Source: Octopus sinensis (taxonomy: Eukaryota). Taken from it: a stretch of 64,000 bases of DNA. This document shows, in pieces, positions 51,251 through 63,792 of this stretch (position 1 is its first letter; each line of letters opens with the position of its first letter). A model generated the notes under the pieces. The model worked only from the letters and a program-made list of their open reading frames with translations, did not search any database and was not told the DNA's origin. Location: NCBI RefSeq assembly GCF_006345805.1, contig NC_043003.1, positions 24,428,001 to 24,492,000 on the forward strand. The letters run 5' to 3'. The translations under genes were made by a program, and so were the position numbers.

Positions 51251-51721
51251 TTAGTACCAATTCTGCATCTAGTGACACGTAAGAATGAAGGAGTTCTCTC
51301 CCCTAAATCGGTTCATTAATAATAGTTATCTCCCTTACATTTTCTTATTTCAAATTGTCGCTTCCCATTCAAAACAATTAGTTTATTACACAGAAATACT
51401 ATCTAACTGCGCGCATATACGGATATGTACGTGTTTCTGTAATGCAATAAGATTAAACACAATATATAATTAATAATGGTTAAGTAGCTAAAAATATTGC
51501 TTTGCATACAAGTAGTTTCTGAGTTCTATCCCACGCAGTGTTCAGAATGGGCAAAAGCCAAGTCACGCCGCAGGTGTGTACGTGTGTGGCATATGTAAAC
51601 AAGTAAATAAACAAATGAAAAGTGTGTAAGAGAAACAGGGCGATCATTCGTTACTAGTAACATAACTGTCACTTATAAACCCACGTGGATTTATTTACAT
51701 TTCTGAAAAAAAAGATACCCT

Positions 51722-53765
51722 GGACCTTTTCCTTTTGAACGGCAGATGTCAACACAATTTCTAGTTAAGTAAACACTTTTAAACTTCGTAGACTGGTAGA
51801 ATATGTTTATAAAACATCATTTTTTCTTGGCTTTATTGAGAAAATTCTATAGTTTGTAAGATATTTCGTCTGAAAATCCGAGCATTTCGGCAATTTTAAC
51901 CAATCGATTACCTCCATTCAACTAAAATTATTTGCTGCGTCTAAAACTGAGACAACATCCTGTAACTAACCCTAACCCTATCCCTAATTTTTTTTTTTCT
52001 TAATTGTTAAATTAATTTAATTGTTATGTGTGTAAAAAAAAACCCGAAAGCAATGGAAAATGATTTAAACAATTAACAAACAAAATAATTCTATAATTTT
52101 ATACACACGCTTTCCGTATCGCCCCGTCAGTCTTACCAGCTGCATCGCCAAACTGATGGAATCCTGTATCAGAAAAACCCTCTGGAACTTCTGGAAGTCT
52201 CACAGCCTCATCCAGTCGTCACAATTCGGATTTATTCCTAACTCCAGCTGCTGTAATCAACTCATTGAGTTTCTTGAGGATGTTACCCAAATCACTGATC
52301 GCGGATCCTGGGTGGATGTTGTTTACCTGGACTTTGCTAAGGCTTTTAACTCTGTGCCACACAAAAGACTTATGGTGAAGCTTTCTGCATTGGGTGTAAG
52401 AGACGAACTCTATAACTGGTTAAAGTCCTTTATTTTCGGCCGAAAAGAGGTTGTCACAGTTCTAGGACAGCACTCTTCGCCCCATGAGATGACATCTGGT
52501 GTGCTGCAGGGATCTGTTCTTGGCCCCCTTTTATTTGTTGCATATGTTAATGACATAGATGCCAACTTAAAGAATGCCACAGTGCTGAAATATGCAGATG
52601 ACATCAAGCTGTACCTCGAAATAAAGAGGTCAAATCCTATACACTATGGATCTCTATTGCAAGCAGACCTGGACACAATGCAGCAGTGGATCATGGACTG
52701 GCAACTCAAGCTGGCTGTGGACAAATGTACCACCATGCATTTTGGGAGGAGAAACCCAGTGTCCACCTTTTGCGTTGGACAAAACACATCGCCAAAATTG
52801 TCAAGAAGGCTGAGGGTGTCTTGGCATCACTCACCAAATCCTTTGTGAGCCGCTCTCCGGCTATCTATCTGCGGCTTTATATAGCTATGGTAAGACCTCA
52901 CCTGGAATTTGCATCACCGGTCTGGAACCCCTATCTTGCCCAGGACATCAATCGTCTGGAAGCTGTTCAGCGACGTGCAACCAAAAGAATACCCTCCATC
53001 AGGCATTTGCCATATCCTGAATGCCTTACTTCCCTGGGCATGGACACATTGAAACTCCGACGTCTGGCAGCTGACCTGGCAGACACCCATAAAATTATCA
53101 ACCATCGCACAAACAATAACTCTGAGCACCTCTTCAAATTCCACCCATCTAACACCCGTGGACATATTTACAAAGTAAGAAAACAGCACAGCTCCCATGA
53201 CTTCAGGAAACATTTTTTCACGCTGAGAGTTGCTGAAGCGTGGAACAAACTGCCACCATCGGTTGTTAGTTGTCGGAGCACTGCATCCTTCAAGACTTCC
53301 ATGCTTCCTGAGATTCGCCAACACTACACTTGATTTTCTCCCCTCCATACACACACAAGCATGTTCACTTTCCAGACATTTCTACATTACTGCATGTACT
53401 TTATATGCACTTTCTGACAAGTTGTGGTGCACCTGAGCACTGTATACAATAATTTCATTATTATTATTATTATTATTTAAATTAATTTAACAATTAAGAA
53501 AAAAAAAAATTAGGGATAGGGTTAGGTTAAGGGGTAGTGACAGGATGTTGTCTCAGTTTTAGACGCAGCAAATGATTTTAGCTCAAAAGAGAGCATAGGA
53601 TTGGTTAAAATTCTAAAAATTAAACTACGTTAAACAAACAAATTACAATTTTCTCAAGAAAGCCAAGAGAAAAAAATGTTTTATTTTGACACATTCTACC
53701 AGTATACGAAGTTTTAAAGTGTTTAGTTAACTAGAAATTGTCTGTCATTCAAAAGGAAAAGATCT
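51722..53765. mobile_element. Foldback/MITE with ~290-bp TIRs and an 8-bp TSD, enclosing a CR1 fragment
   Basis: Arms about 51722-52020 and 53477-53765 are inverted; termini GGACCTTTTCCTTTTGAA / TTCAAAAGGAAAAGATCT; TSD GATACCCT at 51714-51721 and 53766-53773. Confidence 0.85.
52112..53475 (+). pseudogene. 5'-truncated CR1-clade LINE: RT, C-terminus, 3' UTR and (ATT)n tail
   Basis: YRPVSLTS, QFGF, YLDFAKAFNSVPH, SGVLQGSVLGPLLF, YADD, RPHLEFASPVWNPY, LEAVQRRATK; an internal deletion and frameshift near 52790. Confidence 0.95.
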
Positions 53766-54383
53766 GATACCCTTCCCCCCAACCCTAACCCCACATATAT
53801 AAAAAAATAAAAATTTTACGGAAAGTGACGATCTTCTTCTTGAAATGTAAACAAATACACGTGACGTAAATGGGACTAATATCGAAAGAATGCCAGAAAC
53901 AGAAATTGTTCCGTATGCTCTCTCCTACCATTACTGATGACACGGAGGAACTCTCCTGGCAAAAGCACATCCTTAATATAACACGGACCACGTCTCTAGC
54001 CTTTCTTTTCAGATGCTTCATTCTCACCCCCAGTAATTAGTGATGAAGCTTGGATGAAACCATCCACAATGGTACATTGATCTTACATCTGTGGTGGAGC
54101 TGTCACACACACACACACACACAGCCGTCTCTGATTACATCTAGAAAGAGTACCCAACTCATTTGTTCAGGCCTTGAGTCCTGTTTGCACTGTCAGCTTT
54201 CTCACTGGCTTTTCTACTCCATCAAGATGGCCAAGCATGCACGTACATACGTGCTTATGTATGGATGGATGCATGCATGCATGCCGTCATTTCGTTTTAT
54301 TTCTGTATTCCACGCCAACAGAGAAAGAGCCGGTTTCTAACCTAGATCCAAGGCTCCTTCTTTGGAATTTCTACATCATTGGA

Positions 54384-54416
<33 letters not shown>

Positions 54417-54807
54417 CATGCATGTATGTGTGCATGCACGTATGTACATATGTATGCATGCATGTATATGTGTAGATTTGTAAGTTTTGTTTCTTTTCTT
54501 TGTATGTATTATCTGTATAGCTGCATGTCTAGACATGCTCGTATATACTTGAATCATAAACCTCAGGCAAGTTTTTACAGATTTTTATAGTTTCATCATG
54601 GCTTGCATCTATAGTCTTCAAATTAGCTTCCCCCTTTCTGGTTTCGAGAAGCCTAATTTCTCAAGATTAGCACTTAGGCAGTATGCTACATATCCCAGTG
54701 CCCAAACAATTACTTGTAATCTGGGTAGATTTCTCAATAGTTCAGCATAGGTATTTTCTTATTCGCTGATTTTTAGCTTTATGTTAATATTGAGAGAATA
54801 AAAATAG

Positions 54808-54905
54808 GCTGGGCAAAGTTCAGAGAGCTTCTACCTCTGTTAGCAACAAAGAGCCTCTCTCTCAGAGTGAACGGCAGACTGTATGATGCCTGTGTGCCAC
54901 ATAAG
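54808..54905 (+). pseudogene. Short RTE-like RT fragment
   Basis: WAKFRELLPLLATKSLSLRVNGRLYDACV. Confidence 0.65.
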
Positions 54906-55427
54906 AACAACCATGCATCCATTCTTACACCTATTTCCTAAAATAAAAAAGAACTGTACATATATTTCACACTAGATGAAGATAAAAAACAATAACAATA
55001 AGAAAAGCTAACATTATATAAAAATTTATTGTCTTGATTTCTGTTTTGTCTTTGATGTTATTTCGTCTTTTTTTGGGGGGTTTTAATATCAAGAGCAACA
55101 TTCTTTTAAATCTGAACAAATTTATACAGCAGTGAATGAAATGAAATAAAAATGGGTGGTAACAATTTTGTTTTTGTAATTACATCATGGGTAATGAGGG
55201 ATGATGGGGTGTAACACTGAAAACTTTATCTCCACATAGTATGTATGAAATTGGCCAGCTGGAGCACTAATAACACTCTATCTCTCTTTTTCTCTCTGTT
55301 TCACTTTCTCTTTTATTGAGAGACTGTAGGTAGATCATGAAGTGAAACAGCACCTTCGTTAGTGAACAAGATAAATTAAACCTGACTATTTACAACTTAT
55401 GTTTCTTTCATGGAGAAATAATAATTT

Positions 55428-55783
55428 TAACAAGAGCACACAGAGAGCCCAAACTGCCGCCAAGGCAACACCTAACGATTAGCCAGAGATGATTTTTAAA
55501 ACGAGAATATCTTAAATAAACTCAACTGCTTTCACAAACGAAAAGGCTAAAGATGAACCCAACCACTCTCAAAAATTAAATTAAAAAAACGGAAAAATAA
55601 TCCAGAATCCATTTCCGGTACCAGATCGCTCCTAAAATTTAATCAGTTCATGCCAATCATGGGGCGAAACATCCCTGAAAGTTTCATCTAAATCCATCCA
55701 GTAGTTCTTGAGATATCTTGTCCACGGACAAACAAACAAACATGACTGAAAACAATACCTGTCTTCGCTAAGGCGGAAGTAAT
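55428..55783 (+). mobile_element. Helentron/HINE-like non-autonomous element
   Basis: AACAAGAGCAC...CTGCCGCCAAGG 5' end and CTTCGCTAAGGCGGAAGTAA 3' end form subterminal inverted repeats; internal CAAACAAAC microsatellite and AAAGTTTCATCTAAATCC motif. Confidence 0.5.
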
Positions 55784-55789
55784 AATAAT

Positions 55790-57379
55790 GGTTTCAAATT
55801 TTGGCAGAAGGTCAGCTAGTTCAGGGAAGGGGGTTAGTCAATTACATCAACCCTAGTGTTTCACTCGTCAACACTTTCTACTAAAGCACAAGGCCTGAAA
55901 TTTTGGAGGAGAGGGATAGTCAATTACCTCAACCCCCAGTGCTCAACTGGTACTCGTTCCACTGACCCCAAAGACGAAAGGCAAAGTCGACCTCAGAGGA
56001 ATAATAATAATTCTACTATAGGCACAATGTCAGAAATTTAGGGGAAGGGGCTGGTCAATTACTTCGGCCCCGGGCTCAACTGACACATTATTTTATTGAC
56101 CCCAAAAGGATGAAAAGCAAAGTTGACCTCAGCAGTATTTGAACTCAGAACATATAGCAGAGAAGAAATGCCGCTAAGCATTTCATCCAGCATGCTAATG
56201 ATTCTGCCAGCTACCTTTAATGATAATAATTCTTACTGTTATAAGCACAAAGCCTGAAATTTTGGAGGAGGGTGAGGATAAGACAATTAATTACATCTAT
56301 ACCAATGTTCAATGGTACTTATCTTATTTTATCAACCCTGAGAAGATGAAATGTAAAGTCAACCTTGGCGGAATTTGAACTCAGAACTAAAGAGCCGGGA
56401 GAAATCTGCTAGGCATTTTGCCCAATGTGCTAATGATTCTGTCAGTTTGCTGCCTTAAGAATCTGCTATAATAATACTCTTGTGTTTTTCCCTGTCACAA
56501 CATATGAATGAGAAAGGAAGGGGTGATAGATGAAAAGGAAGGTAGGGGTGATGGCAAACTGGTAGTGGGAGCATTTCAACTCTGTGTGAGTATATATGTA
56601 TATAAAAGGGAGGTATGTGAATGTTTGTGTGTATGTGTGTGTGTGTGTGGGTGCAATGGAAGTGGGATGGTGAACATTCAACACTGAAAAGAAAAATCAA
56701 ACAGTGTTTCAACTCTGTGTGTGTGTGTGTGTGCATGTATGAGGGAAGTATGTGAATATTTGTATGTGAGCCAGCGTTCTTTCAGTAACAAACGACAATC
56801 AATGTCACATCTCAAAAGACAACCACTAGATAACATTGACAAGTGTAATAATTTGATTTGCCATTCATATTTATATATAAAATACTGTCATTTTTAATGG
56901 CACGGGGCCAGCTAGTAATAATAATAATCCTTTTTACTATAGGCACAAGGCCTGAAATATGGAGGGTGCATCGTCGATTACATCAACCCCAATGCTCAAC
57001 TGGTACTTATTTCATCGACCCCAAAAGGATGAAAGGCAAAGTCAACCTCGGCAGAATTTGAACACAGAACGAAAAGACAGACCAAACGCCACTAAGCATT
57101 TTGCCCAGCATGCTAACGATTCTGCCAGCTTGCCTCCTTAGTAGTAGTAGTAGTAGTAGTAGTAATGGCTGCAAATTTTGGCACAAAGCCAGCAATTTCA
57201 AGTGAGGGGTTATGTCAATTTGGTCAACCTCAGAGCTCAGTTGCTATTTATTTTATCAACTTGGAAAGGATGAAAGGAAAATTTGACCTCGGCAGAATTT
57301 GAACTCAGAACATAAAGACAGACGAAATGCCACTAAGCACTTTGTCCAGCATGCTAAAAATCCTACCAGCTCACCACCT

Positions 57380-57411
<32 letters not shown>

Positions 57412-57560
57412 AATACAAATTTCTAAATTTGCCACAAAGGAAAAGATATCTTGAGGGAAGGGTTACAGTTGATTATGTCGGCCAACCTAGTCGTGGGAAG
57501 CACTTTCTCGACCTCTTGAAAGTGTTAAAGCAAAGTCGACATCGGTAGAATCTGAAACCA
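55790..57560 (-). mobile_element. Cluster of about six co-oriented SINE family B copies
   Basis: Repeated GCACAAGGCC...AAGGATGAAAGGCAAAGTCAACCTC...ATTTGAACTCAGAA...GCTAATGATTCTGCCAGCT units separated by (AAT)n or (AGT)n. Confidence 0.85.
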
Positions 57561-57830
57561 GCTTGTAAAGCAATGCCAACAAATACACTACCAATCGTTT
57601 TGTTCAACACACAACTTACATCACCAATCCACCACATTTAATGATAATTAATTAAAAGTACTAATGCGTTTGATAAAGTAACAACACAAATGCTTGCTCA
57701 CATTGACACGAGGATACGGGTTTCAGAGGAGAAGGGTGAATTATAGGTGACTTAAGTCCTCAACCAAAAAGGGTTGCTGTAAGACAAAAAAAAAGGTGAC
57801 CTTCACCCAAGGTGGGTTTTGAATTCAGTG

Positions 57831-57836
57831 TTTATT
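57831..57836 (-). promoter_or_regulatory. Candidate polyadenylation signal AATAAA about 65 nt after the stop codon
   Basis: TTTATT on the + strand; supported only by position, and the motif is common in AT-rich DNA. Confidence 0.3.
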
Positions 57837-57900
57837 AGAATCTGTTCCTTGTCTGGAGATAAAGTTAGTTTCAGGTTCAGGTTTGGTAAAAAGCTTGTTC

Positions 57901-58205
57901 TCAGATCACTTGGAACTCTGGAGAGCTTGCGGGCTGTGTTCCAGGTGAGTTGCTGCCAGGGGAATTATAATGTGACCTATCGGATCGGTCTTTGTCGCGA
58001 GAAGAGAAAGAGTCGGATCTTTCCGGGCGGCTGTCTTTGTGCCTGTGTTTGTGCTTGTGTTTGTTTTTCTTCTTCTTCTTTTTGGTCTTGTGTAATTTAC
58101 CGGAACTTTCCTCACTGGAGCCAAGCCTTGAGAAGTCCAGAGACGACTGAGACATCAACTTCAACCCACCGAATGATGGAGCCGAACCAGGGTTGGGTGG
58201 CATTT
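57901..58205 (-). CDS. TAF2: Terminal coding exon (EMPPNPGSAPSF...HKTKKKKKKNKHKHKHRHKDSRPERSDSFSS...PEFQVI*)
   Basis: Long pyrimidine tract and CCAG acceptor at 58206; split codon G|AA; TGA stop at 57903-57901. The poly-K plus (HK)n tract near the C-terminus resembles, from recall, the C-terminus of metazoan TAF2. No conserved TAF2 domain lies in the window, so the identity is about 0.55; the exon structure is more secure. Confidence 0.75.
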
Positions 58206-58314
58206 CTGGTAAAAAAGGAGAAAAGAAAACGTAACAATTTTATTGTTTTGCTACAACTGCAAATTACAGGATGGATGGTCAGGAAAGGAAATAACACACA
58301 GGTTTTTATCTTTT

Positions 58315-58705
58315 TTTCTTTTATTCTTCTACTCGTCTCAGTCATTTGACTGCAGCCATGCTGGGGCATCACCATGAAGGGTTTTAGCCAAACAAATCTA
58401 CCCCCTAACCTACTTTTCTTAAGCCTAGTACTTATTATATTAGTCACTTTTGCTGAACTGCTAAGTTACAGGAACACAAACACACCAACACCAGTTGTCA
58501 AGCAGTGGTGAGCACACACACACACACATGTACACACACACATGCATGCACAAACACACACACACACACATCTGTCTATCAAATCCACTCACAAGGTTTT
58601 GGTCAGCCCAAGGCTAAAGTAGAAGACGCTTGCTCAAGATGCCATGCAGTGGGAATGAACCTGAAACCATGTGGTTGGGAAGCAAGCTTCTTACCACACA
58701 GTCAA
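58315..58705 (-). mobile_element. SINE family A copy, intronic
   Basis: Reverse-complement match with many CpG-to-TpG/CpA changes. Confidence 0.8.
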
Positions 58706-59149
58706 TATGTTACAAAACCAAACATGGGGGGAAAAAACAAACAAGCAAGCTGATCTTAGAATCAAATGTCAAAGAGCATTATTCTGTATAACGAATATAA
58801 GCAACAAAGGAGAAAAGACAATAAAACAAGTGTAGATGTAGGCACAGCTGAGTGATTAAGAAGTTCACACTGTAACCATGTTGTTATGGGTTCAATCTCA
58901 CAGCATGGCACCTTGGGCAAGTGTCTTCTAATATAGCATGAAAGAGTTTACCTATAACTCTTTCTCCCCAAATGTTTCTCATGACTGGCTGCTGGCAAGT
59001 TTTTCTGCAAAAATATGAATATTTTATCCTGTTCCTGCTATTCTGTTAGCCTCTTTCTGCATTTGAGGATTAACTTATCCTTGTATCTTTCTATAAGAAA
59101 GTTAACTTTGTTTACTTTCATCTTAATATATATATATATATATATATAT

Positions 59150-59500
59150 AGGTGTAGGAGTGGCTGTGTGATAAGTAGCTAGCTTACCAACCACATGGTT
59201 CTGGGTTCAATCCCACTGCATGGTGCCTTGGGCAAGTGTCTTCTGCTATAGCCTCAGGCCGATCAAAGCCTTGAGTGGATTTGGTAGACGGAAACTGAAA
59301 GCCTGTTGTATATATGTATATATATGTGTATGTGTATGTGTTTGTATGTCCCCTTAACATCACTTGACAACCGATGCTGGTGTGTTTACTTTCCCGTAAC
59401 TTAGTGGTTCAGCAAAAAGAGACCGATAGTACCAGGCTTACAAAGAATAAGTCCTGGGGTCGATTTGCTCGACTAAAGGTGGTGCTCCAGCATGGCCACA
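59150..59500 (+). mobile_element. SINE family A copy, intronic
   Basis: GGTGTAGGAGTGGCTGTGTGATAAG...GGTGCTCCAGCATGGCC. Confidence 0.85.
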
Positions 59501-59606
59501 GAATATATATATATATTAGAAGAAATGAGGTAATCAGAAGATCGGATGGTTCATATTTACAGATATTTATTTATATATTACATTTTTTACATATATATAT
59601 CATATC

Positions 59607-59632
<26 letters not shown>

Positions 59633-59637
<5 letters not shown>

Positions 59638-59969
59638 TGGCCCAGTGGTTAGAGCAATAGGCACACAATCATGAGGTTGTGAGTTCGACTCCCAGACAAG
59701 GCTGTGTGTTGTGCTCTTGAACAAGACACTTTATTTTACATTGCTCCAATTCACTCATCTGTAGAAATGAGCAGCGATGTCACCGGTGCTACACTGTATC
59801 ATCAGCCTTTGCCTTTCCCTTGGATAACATCAGTGTCATGGAGAGGGGACACTGGTATGCATGAGCGACTATGGGTCTCCCATAAACAACCTTACCTAAA
59901 CTTGTACCTTGAAGGGGAACTTTCTAGGTGCAATCCCATGGTGATTCATGGCCGAAAGGGGTCTTTACC
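59633..59969 (+). mobile_element. SINE family D copy, intronic, ending about 30 bp from the 59999 donor
   Basis: Colinear with 15208-15540. Confidence 0.8.
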
Positions 59970-59999
59970 TGTTATATTTTGTTATAAAAATGATCTTAC

Positions 60000-60165
60000 C
60001 TGGAAGTGTATGGGTTGATGATGAGGGAGAGCTAGAATCTTCACTGAGGTTGCTGGGAATGTCAGCGTATGAGAGGGGCAGCTCTAAACTAGAACGCTCC
60101 AGAGGCATTGAAGACATCTGCGGACGAGGAGCAATAAAATCTTCTTCTTCCTCTAGTTTCTTTTG
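60000..60165 (-). CDS. TAF2: Internal coding exon (QKKLEEEEDFIAPRPQ...SSSTHTLP)
   Basis: TTCATTCAG acceptor at 60166; CAG|GTAAGA donor at 59999; 166 bp, phase 0/1, which fits the phase-1 start of the last exon. Gene identity tentative. Confidence 0.8.
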
Positions 60166-60571
60166 CTGAATGAAATGGAATATGGAAAATTCATTAATTC
60201 TTGTTATAGATAGGAGACACAGATACACTGATAGACAGACAGACAGACAGACAGACACACACACACACATGCACACACATACACAAGCACACATATATGC
60301 ACATACATGCATGCACATATGCAAACATACAGACACATATAAGCAGACATACACACACATGCACATACATGCACACATATGCACACAAACATACACACAG
60401 ACATGTATATACATACACACACACACACAAGCACACATATATGCACACACATGCATGCACATATGCAAACATACAGACACACACATGCACACATATGCAC
60501 ACAAACACACACACAGACATGTATATACATATACATACACATACACACATGCAATATGTACAAGAACTTAC

Positions 60572-61180
60572 CTTAATTTTCAATTTGAACTTGGAGTCAT
60601 CCGTCTGCATATAGTCGGGCAGCAGGGGGTCTGGTAATGATCCAAAACCGAGCTTGGGATCCAGACACAGACCCGATTCTTCTTTCCTTTTAATGCCACG
60701 AGCCTGTTCCATTGCTCCAGGCTGAACAGGGGACTGAAGCGGCAGGGCAACAGCGCCTGATTTTGTAGGGGTTCCCAGAGATGTTGATGCAGTGGACGTG
60801 CTGCCAGCATTGGCAGCAGCAGCGGCGGCTGCTTCAGCTGCTGCAGCGGCAACTGCAGCAGAGACTGCGGCAGCTGCTGCTGCTGCAACAGACGTCGTTG
60901 TCAGAGGTGCTTTAGTTTCAAACGTGTCTTTCTTCTCCTCCCCGATGACAACTCCTGTCATTGGGGTGGTTGTTATTGTTGTTATTGCAGTAGTTATTGG
61001 CACTGGTACTGGTGTTGGTGCTGGTGTTGGTGTTAGTGTTAGTGTTGGTGTTGGTGTTGGTGTTAGTGTTGGTGTTGGTGGTAGTGGTGGCAGTGGTGGT
61101 GGAGGCGGAGGTGGTAGTGTTTGCACTGGTAATATTTCTGCTTCTGTCTTCATTACAACTGATTCAAGGGGTTCCATTTT
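60572..61180 (-). CDS. TAF2: Internal coding exon (203 codons, KMEPLESVVMKTEAE...DDSKFKLKIK) with poly-Pro, (PT)n and poly-Ala tracts
   Basis: TTTTTAG acceptor at 61181; AAG|GTAAGT donor at 60571; 609 bp, phase 0/0; matches the supplied ORF 60194..61177. Gene identity tentative. Confidence 0.8.
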
Positions 61181-61427
61181 CTAAAAAGTAATAAAGTGTA
61201 ATTATCAATATCAGTTTCAAATTTTAACACGAGGTCAATAATTTGGGGAGAGCGAGTAAGTTGATTACACTGATCTCAGTATCCAAGTGGTACATACTGC
61301 ATCAACCCCCAAAATTATAAACAAATGTGATACATACTTGATACCTTATCCTTTTTAACATTGCTTAAAAATTATAATTTTGAAGCAAAAATATTGTTTG
61401 GAAAAAAATATAAAACTTTAAAATTTA

Positions 61428-61795
61428 AATAATAATAATAATGAAATTATTGTATACAGTGCTCAGGTGCACCACAACTTGTCAGAAAGTGCATATAAAG
61501 TACATGCAGTAATGTACAAATGTCTGGAAAGCGAACAATGTATGAGTCAGATACATGCTTGTGTGTGTATGGAGGGGAGAAAATCAGGTGTAGTGTTGGC
61601 GAATCTCAGAAAGCATGTAAGTTTTGAAGGATGCAGTGTTCCGACAACTAACAACTGATGCTGGCAGTTTGTTCCATGCTTCAGCAACTCTCAGCGTGAA
61701 AAAATGTTTCCTAAAGTCATGGGAGCTGTACTGTTTTCTGACTTTGTAAATATGTCCACGGGTGTTAGACGGGTGGAGTTTGAAAAGGTTGTAAC
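61428..61795 (-). mobile_element. CR1 3' end fragment of the same family, intronic
   Basis: Reverse-complement match to 53130-53475, including the (ATT)n tail. Confidence 0.92.
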
Positions 61796-62967
61796 AATTT
61801 CAGAATAAAATCTGTAGCAATTATATTTCTGATTTATGAAATAAACCATCTTATATACAAAATTCAAATACTAAGCACAAGAATATTTTGAAATTCCTTA
61901 CATTTTGTCATAAATAGCTATCTGCATCAAATCTTGATCATATCTGTTTATGGCAGCTAGTAATGAATGCCAGTATATGACAAAATGCAAAAAGGAAAAA
62001 AAAAGTGGCTAGTATTGAACACAGATAAGCAGTTGACAACTGTTCAATGAAGACAGGCAAGATATTTATGCACTTGTGGTATTATGGAAATAAATTAGAA
62101 AGGCAAAATCAATCTCAACAGAATTTGAACTACATCGATCCCAGTGTATACCTGGTACTTATTCTAACAAGAAGATCACAGCAACTGAAACACTGGCAGG
62201 TGGCTATACAGGGGGAAATAGCTTTGTTAAGCTATACACAAAAATAACCAGTGACAAAACAGTAATAATGTATTATTTCTGTTGTGCCTGGGGAGAGTCA
62301 TTTTCTTTTTGTGCCATATAATTTAACACACACACTGGTAAAATTTCCACTTATTTCTTATTTTTATTTTCCTAAAATTTTCGTCGCATCTTGCAACCTT
62401 TTCAATAGTTTTGACTCTCTATTTTTATTTTCCTAAACCGAAATGTATTATTTGTTTTGCTTCATTCAGCTACAAACTGTGAGGGCAAATACCATCAGCT
62501 GTCTCTTTTGCTGAACCACTAAGTTACAGAGATGTAAACAGACCAGCACTGGTTGTCAAACAGTGAAGGGGCACAAACAAAAACATACACATATAGATAA
62601 ATATATATATATAAAATGGTATTTTTATATAAGCTTAAAGTTTATGGCAATCACCGTGCAATACATATTAAAAAACAAACATGAACCTTAATAGTTCTTA
62701 CATTTGACAGGAAAAGGGAGGCTGATTCCCTGGTGTAAAGGTAACACACTTAGTCATGTTAACAAAGGAATGTTGGTTCAACTCCCAAGTGGATAGGAAA
62801 GCCTTCTTTTTCCTGTCGAGGGCTTATATGCCCCTTTATTAGACTATTTTCCTTAGTCATTGCGTGGTGATCGCCATAAGCTTTAAGCTTATATAAAATA
62901 CCATTATTATTATTTACAGGATTGTAAAAACAGCACCGTATAAAAAAAAAAACCATTCGCACCGAAA

Positions 62968-63008
<41 letters not shown>

Positions 63009-63369
63009 ACAGGCTTCTTTCAGTTTCCATGTACCAAATCCAATCACAAGGCTTTGGTTGGCCCAAGGTTATAACAGAAGACACTTGCCCAAGGTACTAC
63101 ACAGTGGGACTGAACCCAGAACCATATGGTTGAGAAGCGAAAAAAAAACTTCTTTAACACAGTGCCCCAGTCTGGCTACAGTCTAATGACTGAAACAAGT
63201 AAACAATAAAAAAAGAACAACAATGACTATCATAAATAAAAAAAAGCTGAAAAAAAAACACTGCAAAACAAGAACTGCAAAGAGCAAAGATTAACAGACT
63301 TCAAAGAAGACAAAATTCTATGAATAACTCATCAGAGGAACAAAGACATATAAACAATGTTCCACTTAC

Positions 63370-63792
63370 AATCGGATTGTTTTCCATGTTTGGCTGAGAG
63401 ATGTCAAAGCCTGTTGAAGGAGATTGTGGAATGGGTGGTTTCACATCAGTAGTTGGTGGGCCTTGAAGAGGTGGGTGTACTACTGTTACAGGTAGAGCAG
63501 TAACATTAGTATCTGTGGTGGTAGTCGTGGTGGTGGTGGTGGTGGTGGTGGTGATGGTTGTGGTTGTGGTGTCTATGGTATTAGCTGTTCCTGCACTAAG
63601 AACTGGTGGAGTGGCACTGGGTCCCAGTGATGATGGTAATGACGTTGGCAGCAATGACGATGAAGATAATGATGATGCTGGTAGGGGTGGTGCTGCCACT
63701 GCTACTACTGCTGCTGCTGTTGTTGGTGGTGCTGGTGGTGGTTGTGTGACTGGTACCTCTATGCCTGGCAGTACAGGTTTCTTATCTTTGCC
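63370..63792 (-). CDS. TAF2: Internal coding exon (141 codons, GKDKKPVLPG...MENNPI), Pro/Ala/Thr/Ser-rich; putative TAF2 C-terminal region
   Basis: Polypyrimidine tract and TTAG acceptor at 63793; GTAAGT donor at 63369; 423 bp, phase 0/0, no stops; joins the next exon in frame. The gene identity is tentative and rests on the terminal exon. Confidence 0.75.

Noticed and set aside
52914-53354. 146-aa minus-strand ORF
   Set aside because: Antisense shadow of the CR1 ORF.
53785-54090. 80-aa minus-strand ORF and a possible small plus-strand exon near 54013-54070; CACGTGACGT motif
   Set aside because: No homology recognised, no in-frame partner exons, and a weak donor site.
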